Positions 1 through 11,637 are shown, counted from the first letter of the stretch. The stretch is 64,000 bases of DNA from an uncultured Actinomycetota bacterium (GCA_963751035.1 CAVVSW010000005.1:2054003-2118002), one strand, 5' to 3'. Notes: generated by a model not told the origin, from the sequence alone. Made by a program: numbers and translations.

Positions 1-1515
<1,515 letters not shown>

Positions 1516-1610
1516 GCGGTCACTCCTGGCCATGTCTGGGGGTACGACGTCCGTTCATCGTAGGCGCAGCGCTGCGCCCACCCCGCATAACGGCTCGACC
1601 GGTCGGGCGG

Positions 1611-2162
1611 GTGCCCGGTTGGATGGCGGGCGTGAAACCCGTCGATCTCAGCGATGAGCAGGTCCGGCTCCGGCAGGCGCGACCGGAGGACGTCGAGGCC
1701 ATCACCGCCGCCTGCCAGGACCCGGAGACGCAACGCTGGATCCCGGTGCCCGTCCCCTACGAGGCCAAGCACGCACAGGAGTGGATCGCCGCTCGGGCGG
1801 GCGACTGGGCCGAGGACCAGGAGCTGAACTGGATCGTGGTCGATCCCGACGACCGGCTGCTGGGGACCGTGGGCCTGCACGCGCGCGACGAAACGATGCG
1901 CGAGATCGGGTTCTGGACCGCTCCGTGGGCGCGCGGCCGCGGGGTGACCACGGCCGCCACCCGGCTGGTCTGTCAGTGGGCCTTCGACGAGCTGCACCTG
2001 GAGCGGGTCGAGTGGTGGGCAGCCGTCGGCAACGACGGCTCCCGCAAGGTTGCCGAGAAGCTGGGCTTCACCATCGAGGGCACCTGCCGGCGCCGGCTGC
2101 TGCATCGCGGCGAGCGACAGGACGCCTGGGTCGGGGGCCTGCTGCGCGGAGAGTTGCGATGA
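1611..2162 (+). CDS. GNAT family N-acetyltransferase (RimJ/RimL-like)
   Basis: 183-aa ORF with ..LRQARPEDVEAI..IGFWTAPWARGRGVTTAATRLVCQWAF..ERVEWWAAVGNDGSRKVAEKLGFTIEG, a typical acetyl-CoA-binding GNAT core. Start is ambiguous (GTG 1611, ATG 1623, GTG 1632). Confidence 0.85.
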   Translation: MPGWMAGVKPVDLSDEQVRLRQARPEDVEAITAACQDPETQRWIPVPVPYEAKHAQEWIAARAGDWAEDQELNWIVVDPDDRLLGTVGLHARDETMREIGFWTAPWARGRGVTTAATRLVCQWAFDELHLERVEWWAAVGNDGSRKVAEKLGFTIEGTCRRRLLHRGERQDAWVGGLLRGELR

Positions 2163-2719
2163 CAGGTGCGGTGGGCATCGAGCACGTCGAGCTGAAGGTG
2201 GACGGCTGGCTGCTCCGGCCGCCGCGACCGGAGGACACGGCAGATGCCCTGGCGATGCTGACCGACCCGGAGGTGCGGCAGTGGAACCCGGTGACCTCCG
2301 TCGTCGATGCCGCCTCCGCCGAGGAGTGGCTGGCTCGCGGGGCCGACTGGAGCGACGGCGACCACGCGACGTTCTCCGTCATCGACGCCACGACGGGCCA
2401 GCTCGCTGGCAACGTGTCGCTGCACCGCATCGACCGCCGGCAGGCCAACGCGTCGATCGGCTACCGGGTCGCAGCCTGGGCGCGCGGGCGGGGTGCCGCC
2501 ACGGCCACGGTCGCCGCGGCCACCGACTGGTCGTTCACGTCCCTCGGGATCGAACGGGTCGAGCTGTGTCACGCCGTGGCCAACCCGGCCTCCTGCCGGG
2601 TGGCCGTCAAGGCGGGGTACGCGATCGAGGGCACCCTGCGCGCGTCGTGGGCACACGACGACGGGAACCGCTACGACGAGCACATCCACGGGCGCCTGGC
2701 GGGCGACCCGAAGCCCTGA
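2159..2719 (+). CDS. GNAT family N-acetyltransferase (second tandem paralogue)
   Basis: ATG 2159 overlaps the upstream stop (ATGA). Contains LLRPPRPEDTADALAM..IGYRVAAWARGRGAATATVAAATDWSF..ERVELCHAVANPASCRVAVKAGYAIEG. It is the in-frame tail of ORF 1781..2719. Confidence 0.85.
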   Translation: MTGAVGIEHVELKVDGWLLRPPRPEDTADALAMLTDPEVRQWNPVTSVVDAASAEEWLARGADWSDGDHATFSVIDATTGQLAGNVSLHRIDRRQANASIGYRVAAWARGRGAATATVAAATDWSFTSLGIERVELCHAVANPASCRVAVKAGYAIEGTLRASWAHDDGNRYDEHIHGRLAGDPKP

Positions 2720-2731
2720 CCCGCCGACCCG

Positions 2732-3982
2732 CTAGCGCAGCTCGGCGCGCAGGGCGGGTGCCAGGTCGCCGCGCTCCTCCACGACGACGTCACCGAGTCC
2801 GAGCCAGGCCGCGAGGTCGCGCAGCTCGGCGGCCAGCTCCGCCGCGGTCTCCTCCGGTGCTGACGCCTCGGCCCACGCCGACCGGACCAGGAGGGCACCC
2901 GCACCGCGGTCTGACTTGAGGTCGACGCGGGCGACCAACCGGTCGTCGAGCAGGAAGGGCAGCACGTAGTAGCCGTGCACCCGCTTGGCCGCCGGCACGT
3001 AGATCTCGATGCGGTAGCGGAAGCCGAACAGCGCCTCCACCCGCGCGCGCTCCCAGACGAGCGGGTCGAACGGCGACAGCAGGGCGCGTGCGCGCACGGC
3101 CCGGGGGCTGCGGGCGTCGCGATGCAGGTAGGCCGGCCGCTTCCAGCCCTCGACCCGGACAGGCAGCAGGGTGCCCTCGTCGAGCAGCCGACCGATCGCG
3201 ACCCGCCCGTCATCGGGGCCCAGCCGGAAGTAGTCGCGCAGGCACTGCTCGGACCCGACGCCGTGCGCTCGGGCCCCGATGCGCGTCAGCTCGGTGAACG
3301 CCTCCTCGTTGGACAGGTCAGGGGCGTCGAGAACGGCCGGTGGCAGCACCCGCTCGGGGACCGCGTAGCGGCGCTCGAACTGTGCCGTCCGCCCGGCCGA
3401 CATGACCTCACCGGACCAGAACAGGTGCTCGATCGCCTGCTTGACCAGCGACCAGTTCCAGCCCCAGTTGGCCTTGCTGCGCGGCACGTCATGGGCAAGG
3501 GCGATCTCGACGTTGGCGGCGGTGATCGGCCCGCGGTCGCGCACCTCGGCGAGCACGGCGGCGACGAGCTGGGGGTGGTCGACGGCGATCCGCCGCATGC
3601 TCCCCCACGCCTCCTCCTGCCACCGGCTCATCCGCCACCGCAGCAGCCGGTGGGTCATCGGCGGCACCAGGCTCGCCTCGTGGGCCCAGTACTCCACCAG
3701 GCGGCGCGGCGCCCGGCCCGCGGCGCGGTCGAGCAGCCCCATGTCGTAGGGACCCAGGCGGCTGAACAGCGGCACGTAGTGGCTGCGCACGAGCACGCTG
3801 ACGCTGTCCATCTGCAGCAGCCCGATACGGTCGACCACCGCCGTCAGCTGGCGCATGCCGGGGACGGCCGGGCGCGGCGTGGCCAGGCCCTGCGCGGCCA
3901 CCGCGATGCGGCGGGCCTGGGCGGCGGAGAGCTGCGGGACGCCGGCACTGCTCACCGCGCTCACGGCCGATGATGCTGCCAT
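2732..3982 (-). CDS. Winged-helix DNA-binding protein, YcaQ/AlkZ-like (DUF1006), putative DNA crosslink glycosylase
   Basis: Length and sequence (..[74 protein letters not shown]) match my memory of the YcaQ/HTH_42 family. Likely start is the ATG at 3980-3982 (MAASSAV), inside the longer ORF 2732..4066. Confidence 0.72.
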   Translation of the reverse strand: MAASSAVSAVSSAGVPQLSAAQARRIAVAAQGLATPRPAVPGMRQLTAVVDRIGLLQMDSVSVLVRSHYVPLFSRLGPYDMGLLDRAAGRAPRRLVEYWAHEASLVPPMTHRLLRWRMSRWQEEAWGSMRRIAVDHPQLVAAVLAEVRDRGPITAANVEIALAHDVPRSKANWGWNWSLVKQAIEHLFWSGEVMSAGRTAQFERRYAVPERVLPPAVLDAPDLSNEEAFTELTRIGARAHGVGSEQCLRDYFRLGPDDGRVAIGRLLDEGTLLPVRVEGWKRPAYLHRDARSPRAVRARALLSPFDPLVWERARVEALFGFRYRIEIYVPAAKRVHGYYVLPFLLDDRLVARVDLKSDRGAGALLVRSAWAEASAPEETAAELAAELRDLAAWLGLGDVVVEERGDLAPALRAELR

Positions 3983-4080
3983 GCCGGTCCGACACGATCC
4001 CCGGACGCCTACAGACGGGCGATCGCACGACCGATCTTTGAAGGAGACTGCAGTAGGTTGCCGCACGGAGGGAGGCCGCT

Positions 4081-4821
4081 TTGTCCGGAGTGCGTAGTGC
4101 CGCGGCGACCGCCGTCCTTACCGTGGGCGTCCTCGTCGCCGGCACGGCCGTCGCAGTTCCCGCGGCGAGCGCGATCCGCACCGAGACGATTCGCATCGGT
4201 ACGTCCGTGCAGGGCCGCCCCCTCGTGGTGATCCACCGGTGGACCCCGGGTGCGACCAAGCGGGTCCTGGTCATCGGCAACATGCACGGCGACGAGAAGG
4301 CCGGCATCAAGGTCATCGAGCGGCTCAAGACGCGCACCGTGCCGGCCAATGTCGGCCTCTGGCTGATCCCGTCGATCAACCCCGACGGGACCCGCATCAG
4401 CACGCGGACCAATGCGCACAAGGTCGACCTCAACCGCAACTTCCCTCGCTACTGGGTCTACAGCGGCAAGGGCACGTCGAAGTACTCCGGTCCGTCTCCT
4501 GCCAGCGAGCCGGAGACGCGGGCCTTGATCGCGTTCGTGAAGAAGTACCAGCCCCGCACCACGATCGTCTTCCACCAGCCGCTGTACGGCGTGGACTCCT
4601 ACCAGGCGAAGTCGATGACGCTGGTCCGGGCGCTGGCCCGCGAGACAGCGATGCCGATCAAGTCCTTCTCCTGCTCGGGCACGTGCCACGGGACGTTCAC
4701 CGGCTGGCACAACCGGTGGACCCCTGGCCGCGCGGTAACCGTGGAGTTCAGCTCGTCGCCGACGGCCTGGCGGCTGGACAAGGTGACCCGCGCGGTGCTC
4801 ACCGTCGGCTCGGCCTACTAG
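4081..4821 (+). CDS. Secreted M14-family zinc carboxypeptidase
   Basis: N-terminal signal-like segment [26 protein letters not shown]14 motifs present: [10 protein letters not shown] (HxxE), IPSINPDG and VDLNRNF. TTG start. Confidence 0.8.
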   Translation: MSGVRSAAATAVLTVGVLVAGTAVAVPAASAIRTETIRIGTSVQGRPLVVIHRWTPGATKRVLVIGNMHGDEKAGIKVIERLKTRTVPANVGLWLIPSINPDGTRISTRTNAHKVDLNRNFPRYWVYSGKGTSKYSGPSPASEPETRALIAFVKKYQPRTTIVFHQPLYGVDSYQAKSMTLVRALARETAMPIKSFSCSGTCHGTFTGWHNRWTPGRAVTVEFSSSPTAWRLDKVTRAVLTVGSAY

Positions 4822-4842
4822 CCGAACCTTCGGTGGGCGGAA

Positions 4843-5607
4843 CTAGGTGATCTCGAGCAGCTTCTCTCGAACCGCGTAGACCACGGCTTCCATCCGCGAG
4901 TGCAGCTGGAGCTTCTCCAGGATGTTGCGGATGTGGTTCTTCACGGTGTTCTCGGAGATGAACAGCTCCTTCGCGATGTCGCGGTTGTTCAGCCCGCGCG
5001 CGACCAGCTTGAGGACCTCGAGCTCGCGATCGGTGAGCCGCGGCGCAGGCAGCTGCTTCTCGTCGCCCTTCTTGATCATCGTGGCGAACTCGGTCAGCAA
5101 CTTGGACGCCATCGACGGGCTGATCAGGGACTGCCCGCCGGCGACCGACCGGATGGCTGCGGCGACCTCGTCGATCGAGATCTCCTTGAGCAGGTAGCCG
5201 CTCGCGCCCGCCTTGATCGCGTCGTACAGGTCGACCTCGTCGTCGGAGATCGTCAGCATCACGATCTTGGCGCTCGGGACGACGTCCTTGATGGCGGTGC
5301 ACGCCTCGATGCCGCTGCGTCGCGGCATCCGCACGTCCATCAGCACGATGTCGGGCAGCAGGGCCGACGCGAGGTCGACCGCCTCCGCACCGTCGCTGGC
5401 CTCCCCGACGACCTCGATGTCGGTCTCCTGACCGAGCACCATCTCGAGCCCGCGGCGGAACAGGGCGTGGTCATCGACCACGAGGACGCGGATGGCCTCG
5501 CCGGGTCCGGTCGGCCCGGGAACAGCAACAGCTGCGCCGGGGACCTGCTCCGTCACCTTGGGCTCCTTCACGGGCACTCGTCCTGGATCATCGTTCGGAC
5601 GCGCCAT
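4843..5607 (-). CDS. NarL/LuxR-family response regulator (no cognate kinase adjacent)
   Basis: REC domain (IRVLVVDDHALFRRG..PDIVLMDVRMP..KIVMLT) plus a C-terminal LuxR HTH (LTDRELEVLKLVARGLNNRDIAKELFISENTVKNHIRNILEKL). Has a ~40-aa Pro/Gly-rich N-terminal extension. Confidence 0.9.
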   Translation of the reverse strand: MARPNDDPGRVPVKEPKVTEQVPGAAVAVPGPTGPGEAIRVLVVDDHALFRRGLEMVLGQETDIEVVGEASDGAEAVDLASALLPDIVLMDVRMPRRSGIEACTAIKDVVPSAKIVMLTISDDEVDLYDAIKAGASGYLLKEISIDEVAAAIRSVAGGQSLISPSMASKLLTEFATMIKKGDEKQLPAPRLTDRELEVLKLVARGLNNRDIAKELFISENTVKNHIRNILEKLQLHSRMEAVVYAVREKLLEIT

Positions 5608-5666
5608 GATGGCACGGAAGGGCCAGCCACCGGACCCGAAACCAGCCGACCGGGCTAGACCCCGCG

Positions 5667-6284
5667 CTACCCCTCGAGGCGGATGAGGCCGTAGTCATAG
5701 GCATGGCGGCGATAGACGACGCAGGGCAGCGAGCTGTCGGCCTCGATGAACAGGTAGAAGTCGTGGCCCACGAGCTCCATCTCGTAGAGGGCCTGGTCGA
5801 TGCTGATCGGCTTCGCGTCGTGGGTCTTCTCGCGGATCACCATCGGCCCCGTGCCGTCGCCGTTGCCGACACCGTCAGCCAGCAGCGGCTCCTGGCTGTC
5901 GCGGCCGGCGAGCTTGTCGCGCGCCGCGGCGTCCAGGCCGGCCGTGGCCATCGCCACCGAGACCGGGGTCTTGTTGCCGTGATGCACCCGGCGCCGGTCG
6001 TGCGAGCGGCGCAGTCGCGCCTCGAGCTTCTGGTAGGCCGCGTCCAGGGCGGCGTAGCCGTCCTGGGCGGATGCCTCGGCGCGTACGACGGGGCCCCGCG
6101 AGTAGACCGTCAGCTCGACCCGCTCACACAGGTCGGACTGCCGTGGGTTGCGCTCCCTGGACAACTCGACATCGACGCTGATCACCTTCGGGTCGAGCTT
6201 CTCGATCTTCGCGAGCTTCTCCGCGACCTGCTGGCGGAACCGCTCGGGGATCTCGGCATGCCGACCCTTGACGACGATGTCCAC
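5667..6284 (-). CDS. hpf: Ribosome hibernation-promoting factor, long form
   Basis: MDIVVKGRHAEIPERFRQQVAEKLAKIEKL..VELTVYSRGPVVRAEA..AALDAAYQKLEARLRR plus the C-terminal dimerisation domain KPISIDQALYEMELVGHDFYLF. Position next to secA is as in other actinobacteria. Confidence 0.93.
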   Translation of the reverse strand: MDIVVKGRHAEIPERFRQQVAEKLAKIEKLDPKVISVDVELSRERNPRQSDLCERVELTVYSRGPVVRAEASAQDGYAALDAAYQKLEARLRRSHDRRRVHHGNKTPVSVAMATAGLDAAARDKLAGRDSQEPLLADGVGNGDGTGPMVIREKTHDAKPISIDQALYEMELVGHDFYLFIEADSSLPCVVYRRHAYDYGLIRLEG

Positions 6285-6642
6285 GTAGGGACCCTTCCTG
6301 TTGGCTTACGGAATGCACACACGCGTTGCTGGTTACCCGTCGACGACCGGAGGCACCCGTCCGGCCGACCTGGTCTTCGACCCCACATCCGCCTGCTGAG
6401 GGTCTCGCAGCGGTAGCCGCCACTACTCCCCTTCTCCCGGATCGGAAGCCGTCTGGACCTCCGGCGGGGCAGGACTCACCTCTAAGCCGCACCGTGATCG
6501 GTCGACGAGAAGTCGCCTTACGTGGGCCGTTTTGCCTGCGGCTGGCATCGGCTTGCCCGATCCGCACTCCGCGAGGGAGCTTGGATCGGACGCAACCACG
6601 GACCCGGACGGGTGCCATAACGTGACGCTAGCCTCATGCGCG

Positions 6643-7374
6643 TCAAAGGCATAGGCCGGGAGGCCGCCTTCGCCTGGTTGCCGCGACGACGGCGGCGCAC
6701 CGCACGTCCGCGCCAGCGGCACGCAGAGCGCGTGCCGTCTCGTCGATGCTCGCCCCTGTCGTGATCACATCGTCGACCACGACCACCGCGCGACCGCGGA
6801 CATGACGGGTGAGCCGGTCCGGAACGGCCAGCGCTCCGTGCAGATTCGCCGCGCGTTCACACGCATCGAGCCCGGCCTGGTCGGCCATGCCGCGGACGAC
6901 GCGCACGACGGGAAGTACCTCGACGTCCTGGCCCGCCCGGCGAACGGCGGTGGCGGCCCGGCGGGTGAGTCGCAGCGTCGCGTCCTGACCACGCCCGCGC
7001 ACCGCCGTACGACGGGACGGGACCGGCACCAGGGCAACGTCAGAGGCCCGGTCAGTCGTGGCCGTCAGCCCGGCCAGCACCGACCGGGCAAGGGCGTCTC
7101 CGAGCGGAGCGACCAACGCATACCTGCCGTCCTCCTTGTGCGCGAGGATCGCGCCGCGCGCGGCGCCGTCGTAGTCGGCGATCGCCCACGGTGGCGGCAG
7201 CCCGGCCGGCACGGGACTCGGCCAGGCCGGGCGGGCCGGGCCGGCCAGCTCGCGACGGCAGCCCGGGCACAGCAACGTCGCGCTCTCGCCCGCGTCGCTC
7301 GCGCAGCCGGCGCACTCACCGGACAACACCAGGTCGACGAGGGCCGCGCCTGCCAGCCGCAGTCGTCCAACCAT
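6643..7374 (-). CDS. ComF-family protein (phosphoribosyltransferase domain)
   Basis: N-terminal Cys pairs (CAGC..CPGC) and the PRTase motif VVVVDDVITTGASIDE. Conserved position between hpf and lpqB. Confidence 0.85.
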   Translation of the reverse strand: MVGRLRLAGAALVDLVLSGECAGCASDAGESATLLCPGCRRELAGPARPAWPSPVPAGLPPPWAIADYDGAARGAILAHKEDGRYALVAPLGDALARSVLAGLTATTDRASDVALVPVPSRRTAVRGRGQDATLRLTRRAATAVRRAGQDVEVLPVVRVVRGMADQAGLDACERAANLHGALAVPDRLTRHVRGRAVVVVDDVITTGASIDETARALRAAGADVRCAAVVAATRRRRPPGLCL

Positions 7375-7455
7375 CGTGGCGAGCGTGGCGGCCAGAAACG
7401 CCCCCCGACGGATCGCGGATCTGGTTGTGCACCGTCCGGGGTGTGGACGGCCGGG

Positions 7456-9180
7456 TCAGCCGGGGTAGGCCGGATCCGCGCCGGGTCCGAGGTCGACCCA
7501 GCCCCGGCCCGAGGTGTACTGCGCGATGCGACCGCCCGCCGTCCCCGCGAGCAGGGGGCGCTGCCGAGGAGCGGCGGCCACCGAGACGAGCCCGGTCTCG
7601 GGCTCGACCGGCGCCACGTCGTAGCCGTCGGTGTCGGTGAGGAACGGCGTCACCTGCCCGCCGCTCTGGGCGCCGAGCACGGCCAGCGTGGTGGCGTCTG
7701 CCCACGCCACGCTGCGGACGGAGCGCAGCTCCGGGAGGATCTCGGTGAGGTGCTCGACCGCCGCCGTCGGAGCGCCGGCGCGACCCCGCACGATGCTGCC
7801 GACGTACAGCCGGGCCTGTGCCCCGGTCCCGGCGACCACCGCGACCCGCGCACCGTCGCGCCCGACCCGGATCCCGGTGACCCGGCCGGCCGGCACCCTC
7901 GGGACCTTGACCGCGACCGGGTCTCGCGTGCCGTCGGGGATCATCCAGACCCGGCCAACCGGCGCGTCGACGACCCACAGGTTGCCGCCGGCGTCCCACG
8001 ATGGGGTGGACAGCGCTGACCCACGAAGCCGCTCGCCGAAGATCTCGTTCTCGGCCAGCCGGCCGGTCACCAGCCCTCGGCCGCCGTCGACGACCCCCGC
8101 CGCCTGGGCACCGTCGAGCGAGATGGCGGGCTGCCGCAGGGCCGGCCGCCCGCTGCCGGCCGGCCCGGGCACAAGGGTGAATCGCCCCGACACGATGCGT
8201 CCGAGCCGGCCGCCGCGGACGGCCACCGCGTCGACACCGTCCTCCACCCCCGCCGGGTCAAGGCCGCTCCACTCATCGCGGGACTGCACCTGACCCTGGC
8301 CGGGAACGGACAGGTCATCGCCCTCCACGGACAGCTGCAGCTCCTGGAACTCGGGCAGCTGCTTGAGGGTCCACACCAGCTGTGCCGACATCAGCGCCCG
8401 CGCCGCGCCGTCAGCCTTGAGGACAGAGGTATCGAGGTTGACCCGCGCGATCCCGTCACGCACCGGCACCGACGAGACCGCGAGCGAGGTGCCACGAGGG
8501 AAGGCGGTCGTGGTCGCGGCCGCGAGCTCCTCGGTCGGCCCCCCGAGCAGCCGGGTGACCAGCGCCGTGGACAGGCCGGGCGCGGCCGGCAGGAACACCG
8601 TGTCCGGCACCAGCACCCGCCGCGACGGCGCCAGGAAGTAGAGGTTGAGCTGGCGGAAGGTCTCCTGCACGTCGCTCTGCGTCAGCACCAGCCCGTTGGG
8701 CAATGACGCGATCCGCCACTCCCCCTCGACCCGCGTCATCGTGAAGGACCGCTTCAGCTGGGCGCCCGCCGGCGTGCGCCGGTAGTGGCCCTGCCCGTCG
8801 ATGCGCGCGACCTCCGTGGCGATCAGCTCGACCTTGCCCTCCCCGGTCGGCTCCACCGAGAACGGCGCCTCCGAGCGGTCGTAGACGGCGGTGCCGGTGC
8901 TGGGCTTCCACTGCTCCCGTGCCGCCGGTGCCAGGTAGAGCCGCGCGACGGCGTGGTCGTTGACGAAGTCGGCCCCGGCTTGGAGGAAGCCGCGCACGAT
9001 GTCCTGCGGTCGCGAACCCGGAACCGGTGGCTGGCCGATGACCCGCACGCCCACGTCGTCGCGGTCGGCCTGCAGGTCGCGACCGGCGCGGACCGGGCCG
9101 CTGGTGGGCAGCGAGCTGCAGCCGGTGAGCAGGGTGACGGCGATCGCGACGGCCGCCGCGGCGCGACGCCGGTCAGACAT
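7456..9180 (-). CDS. lpqB: LpqB-family lipoprotein
   Basis: The ATG at 9178-9180 overlaps the mtrB stop (ATGTCTGA). Lipobox AIAVTLLTGCSS is present. 574 aa, immediately downstream of mtrAB, the conserved mtrA-mtrB-lpqB operon. The ORF-track start at 9342 is an upstream in-frame extension. Confidence 0.9.
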   Translation of the reverse strand: MSDRRRAAAAVAIAVTLLTGCSSLPTSGPVRAGRDLQADRDDVGVRVIGQPPVPGSRPQDIVRGFLQAGADFVNDHAVARLYLAPAAREQWKPSTGTAVYDRSEAPFSVEPTGEGKVELIATEVARIDGQGHYRRTPAGAQLKRSFTMTRVEGEWRIASLPNGLVLTQSDVQETFRQLNLYFLAPSRRVLVPDTVFLPAAPGLSTALVTRLLGGPTEELAAATTTAFPRGTSLAVSSVPVRDGIARVNLDTSVLKADGAARALMSAQLVWTLKQLPEFQELQLSVEGDDLSVPGQGQVQSRDEWSGLDPAGVEDGVDAVAVRGGRLGRIVSGRFTLVPGPAGSGRPALRQPAISLDGAQAAGVVDGGRGLVTGRLAENEIFGERLRGSALSTPSWDAGGNLWVVDAPVGRVWMIPDGTRDPVAVKVPRVPAGRVTGIRVGRDGARVAVVAGTGAQARLYVGSIVRGRAGAPTAAVEHLTEILPELRSVRSVAWADATTLAVLGAQSGGQVTPFLTDTDGYDVAPVEPETGLVSVAAAPRQRPLLAGTAGGRIAQYTSGRGWVDLGPGADPAYPG

Positions 9181-10729
9181 CGTCGACCTCCGAGGGGACC
9201 GTGCGGCGGTAGGGCTGACCCGCCGCCACCGGCTGCGGCCGGGTGAAGTCCACCGGCTCGAGCGGGATCGGCGAGCGCTCCAGCTCGACCCCCTGGAGGC
9301 GGGGCAGCGTGACACGGAACTGCGACCCGGTGCCCGGCTCACCCCACGCCTGCAGCCAGCCGCCGTGCAGGTGGACGTCCTCGAGGGCGATCGACAGACC
9401 GAGGCCGGAGCCTCCGGTGGTGCGCGCCCGGGCCGGGTCGGCGCGCCAGAACCGGTTGAAGACCAGGGCTCCCTCGCCCGGACGCAGGCCCACCCCGCGG
9501 TCGCGCACCGCGACCGCGACGGACTGGTCGTCGGCAGCGAGGCGTACGTCGATGGGCCGGCCCTCGCCGTGCTCGATGGCGTTGACCACCAGGTTGCGCA
9601 GGACCCGCTCGATGCGGCGGCTGTCGACAGCGGCGACGTACGGGCCCTCCGGGGCGATCAGCTCGACCCGGCTGCCGCGGCGCTCGGCCAGCGGCTCGGC
9701 CGCCTCGATCACCCGCGCGGCGATGCGGCGCACGTCGGTGGGCTCGACCTCGAGCAGAGCGGCGCCCGCGTCGTAGCGGCTGATCTCGAGCAGGTCGGCG
9801 AGCAGCGCCTCGAACCGGTCCAGCTGGTTCTGCAGGATCTCGGCGCTGCGCTGGACCGACGGGTCGAAGTGCGTGCGTGCCTCGTGCAGCACGTCGGCAG
9901 CCATCCGCACGGTCGTCAGCGGCGTGCGCAGCTCGTGAGAGACGTCGGAGACGAAGCGGCGCTGCACCCGGGAGAGATCCTCCAGCTGGCGGATCTGCCG
10001 CTGCAGGCTGGTCGCCATCCGGTTGAAGGACGCGGCGAGCCGGGCCAGGTCGTCCTCGCCCCTGACCCGCATCCGCTCCTCGAGCCGCCCGGCGGCGAGC
10101 CGTTCCGCGATCCGTGCGGCCATTCGCACCGGGGTCACGACCTGGCGGGTGACCAGCCAGGCGATGCCGCCGACCAACAGCACCAGACCGAGAGCGGCGA
10201 GCGCGAGGGTGCGGCGAACGAGGTCGAGCGTCTCCTGCTCCTTGTCCAGCGGGAACACGAAGTACAGCTCGTAGGGACCGGACACGGTCGGGATCACGAC
10301 CGGGGAGCCGATCGTGACGACCGGCACCTCACCCCCCCCGGTCCGGCTGATCGCGCCGTAGGTCCACACCTGGTCGCCGGTGGTCTGCACACTGCGCCGG
10401 AGCCGGTCCGGGACGGTGTCCGCCCGCAGCTCGAAGGAGGAGGCACCGAGGGGGGCGTCGGCCGACGCCGTCTCCGGACCTCGCAGCAGGGCGACGTCGT
10501 TGGCGCCGGCCGGGCCGCCGGCGGAGGCGAGCCGGTCGACCAGGTCGCGCAGGACGGTCTCGTAGACCGTCGGGTCGGTCCGGTCGGCCGAGTCGAACGC
10601 GTCCTGGGCGGTGCTGCTTCCGGTCGCGGCCTCGGCCAGCGCCGCCTGGACCTTGGCGTCGAGCAGGCCGGACTCCACCCGGTTGAGCAGCAGGGTGCCG
10701 AGGACGAGGATCACGAGCAACGACAGCAC
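9173..10729 (-). CDS. mtrB: Sensor histidine kinase MtrB (minimal extent; true N-terminus probably extends to ~10840-10857)
   Basis: HAMP domain plus H-box (FVSDVSHELRTPLTTV) plus an HATPase region (RDRGVGL..GGSGLGLSI). The frame stays open upstream of the GTG at 10729 and encodes the conserved ..RRFWRRGIAQWRRSIQLRVVTTTVV segment, but with no ATG/GTG/TTG (see finding). Confidence 0.9.
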   Translation of the reverse strand: MLSLLVILVLGTLLLNRVESGLLDAKVQAALAEAATGSSTAQDAFDSADRTDPTVYETVLRDLVDRLASAGGPAGANDVALLRGPETASADAPLGASSFELRADTVPDRLRRSVQTTGDQVWTYGAISRTGGGEVPVVTIGSPVVIPTVSGPYELYFVFPLDKEQETLDLVRRTLALAALGLVLLVGGIAWLVTRQVVTPVRMAARIAERLAAGRLEERMRVRGEDDLARLAASFNRMATSLQRQIRQLEDLSRVQRRFVSDVSHELRTPLTTVRMAADVLHEARTHFDPSVQRSAEILQNQLDRFEALLADLLEISRYDAGAALLEVEPTDVRRIAARVIEAAEPLAERRGSRVELIAPEGPYVAAVDSRRIERVLRNLVVNAIEHGEGRPIDVRLAADDQSVAVAVRDRGVGLRPGEGALVFNRFWRADPARARTTGGSGLGLSIALEDVHLHGGWLQAWGEPGTGSQFRVTLPRLQGVELERSPIPLEPVDFTRPQPVAAGQPYRRTVPSEVDDV

Positions 10730-10853
10730 GACCGTGGTCGTGACGACCCGGAGTTGGATGGAGCGACGCCACTGGGCGATGCCGCGACGCCAGAACCTCC
10801 GTGGGATGCGTCGGGCGCGGGACGCGAGCGAGGTGGTCAGTGACGGTCCCTGC

Positions 10854-11540
10854 TCATGCCGGGCCCGCCTTGTAGCCGACCCCGCGGACTGTCACGACGA
10901 CGTCGGGGTTCTCGGGGTCGCGCTCGACCTTGGACCGCAGCCGCTGCACGTGGACGTTCACCAGCCGGGTGTCGGCTGCGTGGCGGTAGCCCCAGACCTG
11001 CTCGAGCAGCACCTCGCGGGTGAACACCTGCCACGGCTTGCGGGCGAGCGCGACGAGCAGGTCGAACTCGAGCGGGGTCAGCTGGATCGGGTGGCCGTCG
11101 CGCTTGACCGAGTGACCGGCGACGTCGATGACCAGGTCGCCGATCTCGAGCATCTCCTGGGTCGGCTCCTCGGTGCGGCGCAGCCGGGCCCGGATGCGCG
11201 CGACGAGCTCCTTGGGCTTGAACGGCTTGACGACGTAGTCGTCGGCCCCGGACTCCAGTCCGACCACCACGTCGATGGTGTCCGTCTTGGCGGTGAGCAT
11301 CACGATCGGTACGCCGGACTCGGCCCGGATCTGGCGGCAGACGTCGATGCCGTCGATGCCCGGGAGCATCAGGTCGAGCAGCACCAGGTCGGGCTTGTGC
11401 TCCCGAAAGGCGGCCAGCGCGCCGTCACCGTCGGAGCAGAGGAACGGTTCGTAGCCCTCGCTGCGCAGCACGATGCCGAGCATCTCGGCCAGTGCGGTGT
11501 CGTCGTCGACGATGAGCACGCGTCCCCTCATGTCTTCCAT
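10854..11540 (-). CDS. mtrA: OmpR-family response regulator MtrA
   Basis: MEDMRGRVLIVDDDTALAEML..PDLVLLDLMLPGIDGIDVCRQIRAESGVPIVMLTAKTDT..LLEQVWGYRHAADTRLVNVHVQRLRSKVE..VRGVGYKAGPA. Near-collinear with my memory of M. tuberculosis MtrA. Confidence 0.95.
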   Translation of the reverse strand: MEDMRGRVLIVDDDTALAEMLGIVLRSEGYEPFLCSDGDGALAAFREHKPDLVLLDLMLPGIDGIDVCRQIRAESGVPIVMLTAKTDTIDVVVGLESGADDYVVKPFKPKELVARIRARLRRTEEPTQEMLEIGDLVIDVAGHSVKRDGHPIQLTPLEFDLLVALARKPWQVFTREVLLEQVWGYRHAADTRLVNVHVQRLRSKVERDPENPDVVVTVRGVGYKAGPA

Positions 11541-11637
11541 CGTGACACTCCGGGGGCGGCCGTGCCGCCATGACACCCGATCGTCACCCCCGTGCGGGCG
11601 CCCGGGGTGGACATGTCAGGCATGACACGATGACGCC

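Noticed and set aside
8960-10843. 627-aa + strand ORF across lpqB/mtrB
   Set aside because: It is an Arg/Gly/Pro/Ala-rich shadow ORF. The minus strand encodes intact LpqB and MtrB with H-box and ATPase motifs.
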